A stretch of 39,908 nucleotides of DNA, from positions 1-39,908 of the forward strand of contig JBOHSQ010000028.1 of the NCBI GenBank assembly GCA_050733295.1. The letters are read 5' to 3'. Below are positions 25,818-37,400 of the stretch, piece after piece. A model generated the notes under the pieces. The model saw nothing but the letters and a program-made list of their open reading frames with translations. It was not told where the DNA came from and did not search any database. Every line of letters starts with the position of its first letter. Within the stretch, counting starts at the first letter, position 1. The DNA comes from Gemmatimonadales bacterium. Lineage in GTDB: Bacteria; Gemmatimonadota; Gemmatimonadetes; Gemmatimonadales; GWC2-71-9. The position numbers and the translations under genes are program-made.

Positions 25818-27640
25818 GTCGCTGCCTCCTCGGCAAGGGGCTCCTGGAACTGGAGGTCGTACAGGCGCCGGTATGTGCCGCCCCGCGCGTAGAGCTGGTC
25901 GTGTGGGCCCTGTTCGGTGAGCCGGCCTTCCTCGAGCACGAGGATCTCGTCCGCGTTCCGCACCGTGGCGAGCCGGTGGGCGATGACCAGGACCGTGCGG
26001 TCCGCCATCAGCCGGTCGATCGCCTGCTGCACCAGCCGCTCCGACTCCGTGTCGAGCGCGCTGGTGGCCTCGTCGAGGATGAGGATGGGCGAGTCGCGGA
26101 GGAGTGCGCGCGCGATCGCGATGCGCTGCCGCTGCCCTCCGGAGAGCCGTGTTCCCCGTTCACCCAGCATCGTGTCGTATCCCTCGGGAAGCTGCCGGAT
26201 GAAGTCGTCGGCATTGGCGGCCTTCGCAGCCGCCTCCACCTCGGCCCGGGTGGCCTCGGGCGAGCCGTACGCGATGTTCACGTGTACCGTGTCGTTGAGC
26301 AGGACCGTCTCCTGGCCCACGATGCCCATCAGGTCACGGATGGACCCGCGCGACAGCCGGGTGAGCGGCACTCCGTCCATGGCAATGCGGCCCCCCGTCG
26401 GGTCGTAGAACCGGGGCAGCAGGTCCGCGAGCGTGGTCTTTCCCGCCCCGGACGGGCCGACCAGCGCCGCCACGCGACCCCTCGGGAGGGTGAAGCTCAC
26501 GTCCCTGAGGACTGGCTGCTCGCCGTCGTAGCTGAACCCGACCCCTTCGAAGGCGAGCTCGCGCTGGAATCGCGCCGTCCCCTCGCCGGGCGCCGGCGCC
26601 TCGCCGGCCGCGGTGTCGAGCAGGCTGAAGACCTGCTCGGCGCTGCCCAGCGCCAGCGCGAGCGCGGCGGGGAACTGGCTCAGCGCCTTGAGCGGGCGCA
26701 TCAGCCGAAGGGCGGCAACCAGGAACACGATCGTCGCCTCGGCCGTCAGCGGCGGGCCGCCAACCAGCCCCGGCTTCGTGGCGGCCCAGATCACCAGGAT
26801 CAGCATCAGCCCGCCAAACACCTCGCTCACGGGGCTGGTGAGCGAGGAGTAGCGCTGGGTGCGGATCACCCGCTTGCGGTAGGTGTCCGCCTGCGAATCG
26901 AAGGAGGCCGACTCCCGCTCCTCCTCGCCGTAGCCGCGGATCAGCTTGATCGCGCCCATGCGCTCGGCCAGGTAGGCGGTGATGGAGCCACGTTCCTTGG
27001 CGCGGGCCCGGGAGTGGCGACGGAGACGCTGGAGCAGCGCCTGGATTCCGATGACCAGGATCGGGGCCGCGGCGAGGAAGACCAGCGTGAGCCGCCACGA
27101 GGTGAGGCCGAGGACCACCAGCGTCACGGCGATGACGACGAGGTTCTCGAAGAAGGCCGTGAGGGATGCGGTGACCACGCCCTTGGCCTGGTCCACCTCG
27201 GTGATCACGGTGGACACGATCTGCCCGCCGCGGGTGCGCTGGAAGAAGCCCAGGGGAAGCACCAGCAGGTGCCGGAAGAGGTCCACCCGGATGTCGCGGA
27301 CCAGCCCCTCCTGGATGCGCACCCTGAGCTGGGTGGTCGCGTAGGCCATGGCGTTCTTGAGCAGCAGGCCCACCACCAGGATGACCACGATGCGGGCCAC
27401 CGCCTGGTCCGGCGATGCACCCGAGAGCAGCGGGCCGATCACCCGGTCCATCAGCTCCTCGAGCTGGGTGGAACCGGTGCGCAGCACGCCCGCCGTGCCG
27501 AAGAGGTGCTTGAGGAGCGGGACCAGCACGACCACCGTGAAGCCGTCCAGAACGGAGGCCAGCAGGGTGGTGACGACACTCAGGGCGAACAGGCCGCGAT
27601 AGGGCCGGAGGTACGGCAGCAGCCGCCGCAGCGTCTCCAC
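25814..27640 (-). CDS. ABC exporter, fused permease/ATPase, MsbA-like lipid/glycolipid flippase type
   Basis: Six-helix TMD, Walker A GPSGAGKTT, signature LSGGQRQRIAIARA, Walker B ILILDEATSALD. GTG start 3 nt after the upstream stop. Confidence 0.92.
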   Translation of the reverse strand: METLRRLLPYLRPYRGLFALSVVTTLLASVLDGFTVVVLVPLLKHLFGTAGVLRTGSTQLEELMDRVIGPLLSGASPDQAVARIVVILVVGLLLKNAMAYATTQLRVRIQEGLVRDIRVDLFRHLLVLPLGFFQRTRGGQIVSTVITEVDQAKGVVTASLTAFFENLVVIAVTLVVLGLTSWRLTLVFLAAAPILVIGIQALLQRLRRHSRARAKERGSITAYLAERMGAIKLIRGYGEEERESASFDSQADTYRKRVIRTQRYSSLTSPVSEVFGGLMLILVIWAATKPGLVGGPPLTAEATIVFLVAALRLMRPLKALSQFPAALALALGSAEQVFSLLDTAAGEAPAPGEGTARFQRELAFEGVGFSYDGEQPVLRDVSFTLPRGRVAALVGPSGAGKTTLADLLPRFYDPTGGRIAMDGVPLTRLSRGSIRDLMGIVGQETVLLNDTVHVNIAYGSPEATRAEVEAAAKAANADDFIRQLPEGYDTMLGERGTRLSGGQRQRIAIARALLRDSPILILDEATSALDTESERLVQQAIDRLMADRTVLVIAHRLATVRNADEILVLEEGRLTEQGPHDQLYARGGTYRRLYDLQFQEPLAEEAAT

Positions 27641-27643
27641 TCC

Positions 27644-29209
27644 TCAACTCCTCCGTGGCGTGAGGAGTGCGATCGGCAGGATGACCTCCTCGGGGGAAAC
27701 GCCCCCGTGCAGGAATGCCCCGCGATACCGGGCCTGGTATTCCCGGAGCTTGGTGGGATAGACGAAGAAGCGGTCACCCGTGGCGAGCGCGAGGCGGGTC
27801 GTGGGAGTCCTGGCCGGGAGGCCGTACCCGCGCAGGTCGTCGACCACGATGGCGGCCTCGGGATCCTCGGGCCGCAGGTCCTCGCCGAACTTGTAGCGGA
27901 GATGGGAGGTCGCGTCGCGCCGGGCGTAGAGCGTCGCCGGCGTGTGGCAGTGGATCGAGCCGTGATCGGTGGTGAGGAGCACCGGGACGCGGCGCCGTTC
28001 GGCCTCACGCAGCGCCTGGCGCAACGGCGAGCGCTCGTACCATGTGCGGGTCAGGTTGCGAAGGGCCGAGGCGTCGCGCGCCACTTCGTACAGCGTGGAG
28101 TTCTCCGTGCGGCCGTGGGTGAGCTGGTCCACGAAGTTGAAGACAAGCGCGGTCACTCCGTTCCGGGCCAGATGCCCCGGCAGCCGGCGCAGCAGCTGTT
28201 CCCCGTCCGCCGAGGTGAAGACCTTCTCGTAGTGGACGGGAATGTCGCGCCCCGTGAGCTCCCGCAACTGCTCCGTCAGCAGCTCCGCCTCGAAGGCGTT
28301 GAGCCCGCCCTCCTCCTGGCCCCGCCACACTTCCGGCCGCCGCTCCGCCAGTTCCACCGGGAACCAGCCGCTGAAGATCGCATTCCGCGCGTAGGGCGTG
28401 GCGGTCGGAAGAATCGAGAGGTAGTGAGCGGTCTCGAGGTCGAACTGGCCGCCCACCAGCGGGCGAAGCATGGCCCACTGGTCGAGGCGGAGGCAGTCGA
28501 CCACGATGAGCAGCGCGCGGCCCTCGGCCTCGAGCACGGGACGGAGGAACTCGGCCCCGACGTCCACCGACAGTGGCGGGCGGTCGCCCCCGCTTGACCC
28601 CAGCCAGCGCGGGTAGTTCGCGGCGAGGAACCGGGCGAAATCCTGACGCAGTGAGACCTGCAGGGTCGCGAGCGCATCCTGGAGGCCCGGCTCGTCTGCG
28701 TGGCCGAGCCGCACCTCCCATTCGGCGAGCTCGCTCACGAGGTCGATCCATTCCCGCCAGCCGAGATCCCCGCCGCGCCGCGCCTCGAGATCGCGGAAGC
28801 GGGTCGCGAAGTCGCGCGAGAGCCGCTGCTGCCGGATCCGGTCTCCCTCCAGCAGCCTGGTGACGACTGACAGGATCTGCCGAGGGTTGACCGGCTTGAT
28901 GAGGTAGTCGGAGACCTCGACCCCGATGGCGTCGCGGAGTGTCGCGACCTCCTCGCTCTTCGTCACCATCACCACGGGGAGGGATTGGTCCGACTCGCGG
29001 ATCGCCCGGAAGATCTCGAGCCCCCGCCGCCCGGGCATGTGCTCGTCCAGCAGCACGATGCCGTAGGGCTGGCGCTGCAGCAGTGCCAGGGCGTCATCGC
29101 CGTTGGTGGCGCGCTCGACCGTGAAGCCCTGTTCCTCCAGGAAGAGGATCTGGGAGGTGAGGCTCTCGATCTCGTCATCGACCCAGAGAATGCTCTTCGG
29201 GCGGGGCAT
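27644..29209 (-). CDS. PorX-type response regulator: CheY-like receiver fused to a PglZ (alkaline-phosphatase superfamily) domain
   Basis: Receiver ILWVDDEIESL...IVLLDEHMPGRRG...VVMVTKSEE...DYLIKP. PglZ-type motifs LLIVVDCLRLDQW, LPTATPYARNAIFSG and LLTTDHGS. Confidence 0.88.
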   Translation of the reverse strand: MPRPKSILWVDDEIESLTSQILFLEEQGFTVERATNGDDALALLQRQPYGIVLLDEHMPGRRGLEIFRAIRESDQSLPVVMVTKSEEVATLRDAIGVEVSDYLIKPVNPRQILSVVTRLLEGDRIRQQRLSRDFATRFRDLEARRGGDLGWREWIDLVSELAEWEVRLGHADEPGLQDALATLQVSLRQDFARFLAANYPRWLGSSGGDRPPLSVDVGAEFLRPVLEAEGRALLIVVDCLRLDQWAMLRPLVGGQFDLETAHYLSILPTATPYARNAIFSGWFPVELAERRPEVWRGQEEGGLNAFEAELLTEQLRELTGRDIPVHYEKVFTSADGEQLLRRLPGHLARNGVTALVFNFVDQLTHGRTENSTLYEVARDASALRNLTRTWYERSPLRQALREAERRRVPVLLTTDHGSIHCHTPATLYARRDATSHLRYKFGEDLRPEDPEAAIVVDDLRGYGLPARTPTTRLALATGDRFFVYPTKLREYQARYRGAFLHGGVSPEEVILPIALLTPRRS

Positions 29210-29271
29210 GACTGAAAGGTAAGCGGGGAGCGGGGAGCGGAAAGCAGGGGCGGCGCCCAGCTTACCGCCTG

Positions 29272-30318
29272 TTGCCCGGCGGGATACCTTGTTCCCCAGT
29301 GCCTGCGGCTCCGCTTCGCATCCTGCTCGTCCGGTTCAGCGCCATCGGCGACGTGCTGCTCACGACGCCGCTCATTCGCGCGCTCAGGAGCCGGTACCCG
29401 TGGGCCTATCTCGCGGCGGCCACCAAGCGTCCACTGGCGCCGCTGCTGACCCACAACCCGCACCTCGACGCGGTCCTGGCCCTCGAGCCTTCCGAGGACC
29501 TCCGGGACCTCGCCGACCGGATCCGGAAAACGCGCTTCACCCACCTGCTCGACCTCCACGGCAACCTGCGAACGGCGGCCCTGCGCCTCATGGTTCCAGG
29601 ACAGTGGAGAGGCTACCCCCACTTCCGCGCGGCGAGGCGTCGGCTGGTGCGCCGCAAGGAGGATCGATACCCCGCCGGCACGCCACCCGTCGCCGAGCGC
29701 TACTTCCAGGCCGCGGCCGGCCTGGATATCGTGCCGGACGGCGGGCCTCCCGAGTTCGGGCTCGACGCGCGGGAGATCGCGTGGGCGCGGACCTGGCTCG
29801 GCATCCGCCACCTCGGGATGCGCAGGAGGCTGGTCGTGGTGGCGCCGGGAGCGACCCACGCCACCAAGCGCTGGCCGATCGAGGCGTGGAAGGCGCTGGT
29901 GGCAGACCTGACCGCTCGCGACCGCGACGTCGTCGTGCTGGGCGGACCGGAGGACCGAGACCTGGCCCAGGCGATCTCGGCGGTTGGTGGAGAGCGCGCG
30001 GCCTCGGCGGCGGGCGAGGCCAGTCTCCAGGGAACCGGCGGACTGCTGTCCGCGAGCACCGTGGCGGCCGCGGGCGATACGGGGGTGATGCACATGGCGA
30101 CCGGGGTGGGGATCCCGGTGGTCGCGCTCTTCGGGCCCACAGTCAGGCACTTCGGCTTCACCCCCTACCGTGCCCGGGCGATCATCCTCGAGCGGGAGCT
30201 CGACTGCAGGCCCTGCAGCTACCACGGAGGTCCCGACTGCCCGTTGGGCCACCACCGCTGCCTGCGCGACATCCTGCCCACGGAGGTCGCGGCCGCGCTC
30301 GAGTCGCTGGGGGGCTGA
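29272..30318 (+). CDS. glycosyltransferase family 9 (ADP-heptose:LPS heptosyltransferase-like)
   Basis: ILLVRFSAIGDVLLTTPLIRALR, PGATHATKRWP, GDTGVMHMATGVGIPVVALFGPT. The start is TTG 29272 or in-frame GTG 29299. Confidence 0.85.
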   Translation: MPGGIPCSPVPAAPLRILLVRFSAIGDVLLTTPLIRALRSRYPWAYLAAATKRPLAPLLTHNPHLDAVLALEPSEDLRDLADRIRKTRFTHLLDLHGNLRTAALRLMVPGQWRGYPHFRAARRRLVRRKEDRYPAGTPPVAERYFQAAAGLDIVPDGGPPEFGLDAREIAWARTWLGIRHLGMRRRLVVVAPGATHATKRWPIEAWKALVADLTARDRDVVVLGGPEDRDLAQAISAVGGERAASAAGEASLQGTGGLLSASTVAAAGDTGVMHMATGVGIPVVALFGPTVRHFGFTPYRARAIILERELDCRPCSYHGGPDCPLGHHRCLRDILPTEVAAALESLGG

Positions 30319-30322
30319 GGCG

Positions 30323-30700
30323 GTGACCCCCACGGAGACCCGGCTGCTCGACCTGCTGTCCGAGGCCGTCCGCGGACCCCGGCGTGAGGGGTTGTTCGCC
30401 CTCTGGCTGGTCTGCCGCGTCGCCGAGGGGCTGCTGCTCGAGCCTCCCATCGGCGAGCGTGCTCACCGCCGGCGCGTCGCCGCCCTGGAGCACCGACTCT
30501 CCAGCCTGACGCTTCCGACCCCCCTCCGGCGGGCGGTCTCGGCGGCGCTCACAGAACTGCGGGAGCCCCGCCCTTCCTCCGCTGCCACCGCACTCGCCCA
30601 ACTGGTAGCCCCCGCCCGGGAAGGAGCCGGCGTGGAGGCCGCCCAGGCGGTGGCCAGCGCCGCCCAGCGCGCCAGAACAGTTGCCGCGGGCAACCCCTGA
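30323..30700 (+). CDS. hypothetical Ala/Arg/Leu-rich protein (125 aa)
   Basis: GTG 30323 lies 4 nt after the heptosyltransferase stop. Third-codon positions are strongly G/C-biased in this frame. No recognisable motif. Confidence 0.45.
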   Translation: MTPTETRLLDLLSEAVRGPRREGLFALWLVCRVAEGLLLEPPIGERAHRRRVAALEHRLSSLTLPTPLRRAVSAALTELREPRPSSAATALAQLVAPAREGAGVEAAQAVASAAQRARTVAAGNP

Positions 30701-30745
30701 GGGCGGCCCGCGGCGGTCCAAGCGGAGGGAATCCGGCCGGCGAGT

Positions 30746-31189
30746 TTAGTGCGCGGCCGAGTCTGCCGGCGGGGTGTCAGCTGGCTCAGCGCTGCCCGCC
30801 CGGGGACCCGGCTTCGCGGCCGCACCGGTCAGCTCGACGTGAGTGTGGGAGTCACCGTCGGGGCGGAGCCGCACCCAGATCGGCCGGCCGGCGCGCTCGG
30901 CGTAGAGCACCGTCCCCCCGCTCGGATCCTTCGCCTCATTCCTCAGCGCCCACGGCGCAGCCTTGAAAATGCCGAGATAGTACCCCCGGACCAGATCGTA
31001 CGGCGCCGCCGAGCGGAGCCGGATGGTGAGCGCATCGGCTCCCCCGCCGCGGGAGACATAGGACGGATTCGGCGGCAGCGGAAGTTCGGGGAACGCGGCT
31101 GCAACCGAGGGCGGCACGGGCGGCGCCTCATCCTGGCAGGCGGCGAGCCCGGCGAGCGTGAGCGTGAGGAGGACCACGGGACGGGGCAT
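30746..31189 (-). CDS. hypothetical lipoprotein
   Basis: The signal peptide carries a lipobox: MPRPVVLLTLTLAGLAAC. Confidence 0.65.
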   Translation of the reverse strand: MPRPVVLLTLTLAGLAACQDEAPPVPPSVAAAFPELPLPPNPSYVSRGGGADALTIRLRSAAPYDLVRGYYLGIFKAAPWALRNEAKDPSGGTVLYAERAGRPIWVRLRPDGDSHTHVELTGAAAKPGPRAGSAEPADTPPADSAAH

Positions 31190-31198
31190 AGGGCGCGG

Positions 31199-31227
31199 AG
31201 ACTAGCCGGGCTGGGAGGAGCGGTCAA
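31199..31227 (-). promoter_or_regulatory. sigma70-type promoter positioned for a leaderless lipoprotein mRNA
   Basis: On the minus strand: TTGACC (31227-31222), 17-nt spacer, TAGTCT (31204-31199), then 9 nt to ATG 31189 with no Shine-Dalgarno. Confidence 0.45.
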
Positions 31228-31297
31228 GCGGCGCGCCCTGCCGCCGCACCCGTGCGGGCCCTAGATTTCGCCGTTCGCGACGCATTGGAGAAGGACG

Positions 31298-32044
31298 ATG
31301 GCCGGCCACAGCAAGTGGAAGCAGATCAAGCACAAGAAGGCCGCGACCGACGCGAAGCGCGCCTCCGCGTGGACCAAGGTCATCCGGGAGATCACTGTGG
31401 CCGCGAAGGCCGGCGGCGGCGACCCGGCGGGCAACCCACGGCTCCGGACGGCGATCGACGCGGCGCGGGCGGTCAACATGCCCAACGACAACATCGACCG
31501 GGCCATCAAGAAGGGCACCGGTGAACTCGAGGGCGCCATCTATGAAGAGGTAGCGTACGAAGGATATGGCCCGGGCGGCGCAGCCATCTTCGTCGAAGCG
31601 ACCACCGACAATGCAAACCGGACCGTGGCCGAGGTCCGGCACGCGTTCAGCCGCAACGGCGGCAACCTGGGGGCGTCCAACTCCGTGGCCTGGATGTTCG
31701 AGCGCAAGGGACACCTGACGCTCGACGCCACCCAGTACCCCGAGGACCGCGCCCTGGAGGACGCACTCGACGCGGGGGCCGAGGACTTCACGCCAGAGGG
31801 TGAGGAGTACCTCGTCACGACCGCTCCCAACGATCTGAACGCGGTGCAGGACGCGTTGCGCGCACGCGGCTACCGGTTCGTCGAGGCGGGCCTCGCGATG
31901 ATGCCGAAGACTGCGGTCAAGCTCGAGGGGAAGGATGCGAGCCAGCTGCTGCGGCTGCTGGAGGTCCTCGAGGAGCTGGACGATGTCTCGAAGGTCTTCT
32001 CCAACTTCGATATTGACGCCTCGATGATCGAGGCGTCCGCCTGA
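31298..32044 (+). CDS. yebC: YebC/PmpR-family DNA-binding transcriptional regulator
   Basis: MAGHSKWKQIKHKKAATDAKRA... is the canonical N-terminus. GGAGAAGGA Shine-Dalgarno. Confidence 0.95.
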   Translation: MAGHSKWKQIKHKKAATDAKRASAWTKVIREITVAAKAGGGDPAGNPRLRTAIDAARAVNMPNDNIDRAIKKGTGELEGAIYEEVAYEGYGPGGAAIFVEATTDNANRTVAEVRHAFSRNGGNLGASNSVAWMFERKGHLTLDATQYPEDRALEDALDAGAEDFTPEGEEYLVTTAPNDLNAVQDALRARGYRFVEAGLAMMPKTAVKLEGKDASQLLRLLEVLEELDDVSKVFSNFDIDASMIEASA

Positions 32045-32057
32045 GCGGTCGTCCCAC

Positions 32058-32576
32058 GTGAAAGTGCTCGGCATCGACCCCGGCTCCGCCGTCACCGGCT
32101 ACGGGGTAGTCGAGGGCGTTCCCGCCCGCCTGGGATCGGCACGACTGGTCGAGTGCGGGGTCGTGCGGGCCGGAGATGGCCCGCTCTCGGGCAGGCTCCT
32201 GGCCATCCATCGCGACCTCGGCGCGCTGCTGGCGCGCCATCGGCCCGACGTCGTCTCGGTCGAAGGCATCTTCTTCGGGCGGAACGCCCGCAGCACCGTC
32301 GTGCTGGGTCACGCCCGCGGGGTGGTGATTCTGACCGCGGCGGAAGCTGGACTCGACGTGTTCGAGTACGCCCCGCGCCTGGTGAAGCAGGCCGTCGTTG
32401 GACGGGGTGAGGCCACCAAGGCGCAGGTGGGGTGGATGGTGGCCAAGCTGCTCCGATTGGAGCGCGCGCCGTCGCCTCCCGACGCCGCGGACGGTGTCGC
32501 ACTGGCGCTGGCGCACCTCGTCCTCGCGGCGCGGCCCGCGGTGGTGCGGCGAGTGATGCGGGCTTCCGGGAAGTGA
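32058..32576 (+). CDS. ruvC: crossover junction endodeoxyribonuclease RuvC
   Basis: VLGIDPGSAVTGYGVV and the acidic catalytic pattern. GTG start. Confidence 0.94.
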   Translation: MKVLGIDPGSAVTGYGVVEGVPARLGSARLVECGVVRAGDGPLSGRLLAIHRDLGALLARHRPDVVSVEGIFFGRNARSTVVLGHARGVVILTAAEAGLDVFEYAPRLVKQAVVGRGEATKAQVGWMVAKLLRLERAPSPPDAADGVALALAHLVLAARPAVVRRVMRASGK

Positions 32577-33163
32577 TCGCGAGCCTCACGGGCACGCTCG
32601 CGGCCCTCGACGGGGAGGAGGCCCTGCTGCACACCGACGGCGGCGTGGGCTACGTGGTGCACGTGCCGCTCGGCGTCGCGGCCCGGCTGCCGGCGCCGGG
32701 CGGGAGGGTGAGCCTGCACACCGAGCTGGTGGTGCGCGAGGACGGCTGGCTGCTCTTCGGCTTCGACCAGCCGGAAGAGCGCGCGGTGTTCCGGCGGCTG
32801 CTCGAGGCCGCGGGCTTCGGCCCCAAGCTGGCCCTGGCGATGCTGTCCACCCTCGGTCCCGAGCGGACGGTGCGCAGCATCCGGGATCGTGACCTCGCTG
32901 CCTTGAGCACGGTGTCCGGGGTAGGCAGGAAGAAGGCCGAGCGACTCGTCCTCGAGCTGCGGGACCGATTCGCCGAGGTCACGCTGGCCCCGAGGCCCGC
33001 TGGCGGCGCCGAAGAAGCGGCGCGCGCGCTGGTTTCGCTGGGCTTTTCCGCGCAGGAGGCCGACGACGCCGTGCGCCGCGCGCTCGCCGACGGACACGTT
33101 GCCGAGAGCGCTGCGCTGGTGCGGCGTGCGCTCCAGTCCCTGGCCCCGAAGGGAGGGCGTTGA
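32573..33163 (+). CDS. ruvA: Holliday junction branch migration complex subunit RuvA
   Basis: The GTG 32573 start overlaps the ruvC stop. IASLTGTL...GVGYVVHVP... and the helix-hairpin-helix LSTVSGVGRKKAERLVLEL. Confidence 0.92.
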   Translation: MIASLTGTLAALDGEEALLHTDGGVGYVVHVPLGVAARLPAPGGRVSLHTELVVREDGWLLFGFDQPEERAVFRRLLEAAGFGPKLALAMLSTLGPERTVRSIRDRDLAALSTVSGVGRKKAERLVLELRDRFAEVTLAPRPAGGAEEAARALVSLGFSAQEADDAVRRALADGHVAESAALVRRALQSLAPKGGR

Positions 33164-33336
33164 TGCCCGTGCTTGCCCGAACCGCCGAGTGGAACTGCAC
33201 CCGCTGCGGCGTGACCAATCGCAAGCTCGTCCCGATGAATGCCACGCAGGTGGCGGATCGCTGCGTCGCCTGCCACGCGAAGCACCTGGTGGCGCCAACC
33301 ACCAGGCCGGTGAGGTGGGACGCCAAGGCCACCTGA
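33163..33336 (+). CDS. 57-codon zinc-ribbon ORF (not in the supplied track, below its size cut-off)
   Basis: The ATG overlaps the ruvA stop (ATGA). Translation [57 protein letters not shown] has CxxC-N18-CxxC. Third-codon positions are mostly G/C. The TGA 33334-33336 overlaps the GAGG Shine-Dalgarno of ruvB. Confidence 0.5.
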   Translation: MPVLARTAEWNCTRCGVTNRKLVPMNATQVADRCVACHAKHLVAPTTRPVRWDAKAT

Positions 33337-33346
33337 GGCGCAGTCC

Positions 33347-34364
33347 ATGTCCAGCCGTCTCGAGATCACGACCCCCGACGTCCTTCCCGACGACTCCGCA
33401 CCGGAGGCGGCGCTCAGGCCATCCCGGCTGGAGGAGTTCGTGGGGCAGGAGCAGGTCCGGGCCTCGCTCCGGATCGCCATCGACGCGGCGCGTCAGCGCG
33501 GCGAGGCCCTCGATCACGTCCTGTTCTTCGGTCCGCCAGGCCTGGGGAAGACCACCCTCGCCGCCCTCGTGGCGCGGGAAATGGGCACCCAGTTCCGCTC
33601 CACGTCGGGGCCGGTGCTGGAGCGGCCCGGCGATCTGGTGGGGATGCTGACGGGCCTGGGCCCCGGAGACATCCTGTTCATCGACGAGGTGCACCGGCTG
33701 CGCCCGGCGATCGAGGAATACCTCTACCCGGCGATGGAAGACTTCCGGGTCGACGTCCGGATCGCCGACGGCCCGAATGCCCAGACGATCCCGATGTCGT
33801 TGGAGCCGTTCACGCTGGTGGGAGCCACCACCCGCTTCGGCCTGCTCACGCCCCCGATGCGGGCGCGATTCGGCATGGTGGAGCGGCTCGGGTTCTATCC
33901 GCCGGAAGACCTCGCCCGGATCGTCACCCGTTCGGCCCGGCTGCTCCAGGTGCCCATCGAAGAAGAAGCCACACTCGAGATCGCACGCAGGAGCCGCGGC
34001 ACGCCCCGGGTGGCCAATCGGCTCCTCCGCCGGGTCCGTGACTACGTCCAGGTGCGGGCCGACGGGCGCATCAGTACCGACCTCGCCCGGGAGTCCCTCG
34101 CCCGCCTCAACGTGGACGAATTCGGGCTCGACGACATGGACGCACGCATCCTCACGACGATCATCGAGAAGTTCGGCGGGGGCCCGGTGGGACTCAACAC
34201 CGTCGCCGCCGCCGTGGGTGAGGACGCAGGCACGCTCGAGGAGGTGTACGAGCCCTACCTCCTCCAGCAGGGGTTCCTGGAACGCACGCCTCGCGGGCGC
34301 CAGGCCACCGCACTCGCATACCGGCGATTCGGCTTCACTCCGCCCGCGAGCCAGAACACCCTCT

Positions 34365-34375
<11 letters not shown>
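33347..34375 (+). CDS. ruvB: Holliday junction branch migration DNA helicase RuvB
   Basis: [15 protein letters not shown], Walker [10 protein letters not shown], Walker [29 protein letters not shown]. Confidence 0.97.
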
Positions 34376-36863
<2,488 letters not shown>

Positions 36864-36864
<1 letters not shown>

Positions 36865-37400
36865 TGACCATCCGCCCGATCCACCTCCTCGGCTCCCCGG
36901 TGCTTCGCGAGCGGAGCGCCGAGGCTCCCGTCGTGGATGACGAGCTCCGGCGCTTGATCGACGACCTGTTCGAGACGATGGATGCGGCCGAGGGCGTGGG
37001 GCTCGCAGCCAACCAGGTCGGGGTGGCGACGCGGGTGGCCGTGGTCGACGCGGATGGCGAGCGCTTCGTCCTGGTGAACCCGGTGATCGTCGAGGCCAGC
37101 GGCCGGTCCTCGGCCGAGGAGGGATGCCTCAGCATTCCCGACACCTACGCCGACGTGACCCGCCCCGAGCGTGTCGTCGTCGAGGCGCTCGACCGGGAGG
37201 GGCGGCCCTTCCGGATGGAGGCCACTGGCCTCAAGGCCCGCGCGATCCAGCACGAGGTGGACCACCTCGACGGGGTGCTCTTCCTCGACCGCGTCAGCGT
37301 CATGAAGCGCTCCCTCCTCCTCGCGAAGTACCGCAAGGCCCACCGCGACGACAAGTCGCTGACGACGCTCCCAGAGCCCAAGTCCAGCCGGCCGGCCTGA
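36864..37400 (+). CDS. def: peptide deformylase
   Basis: GVGLAANQVG, EGCLSIPD and HEVDHLDG, the three canonical motifs. Confidence 0.95.

Noticed and set aside
27644-29209. PglZ domain as a possible BREX/phage-defence marker
   Set aside because: No other BREX-type genes (methyltransferase, BrxC-like ATPase, BrxA/B, Lon-like protease) are nearby. The PglZ domain is fused to a CheY-like receiver, which is the PorX-type regulator architecture, and the neighbours are envelope-glycan genes.
29222-29240. Tandem AGCGGGG AGCGGGG AGCGG repeat and GGTAAGC/GCTTACC inverted pair in the PorX-like/GT9 divergent spacer
   Set aside because: The repeat has only 2.5 copies of a 7-mer, and the inverted pair is a 7-bp stem with a ~35-nt loop. 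This is too short to separate from chance in purine-rich GC-rich DNA. It may be a regulator site but cannot be supported from sequence alone.
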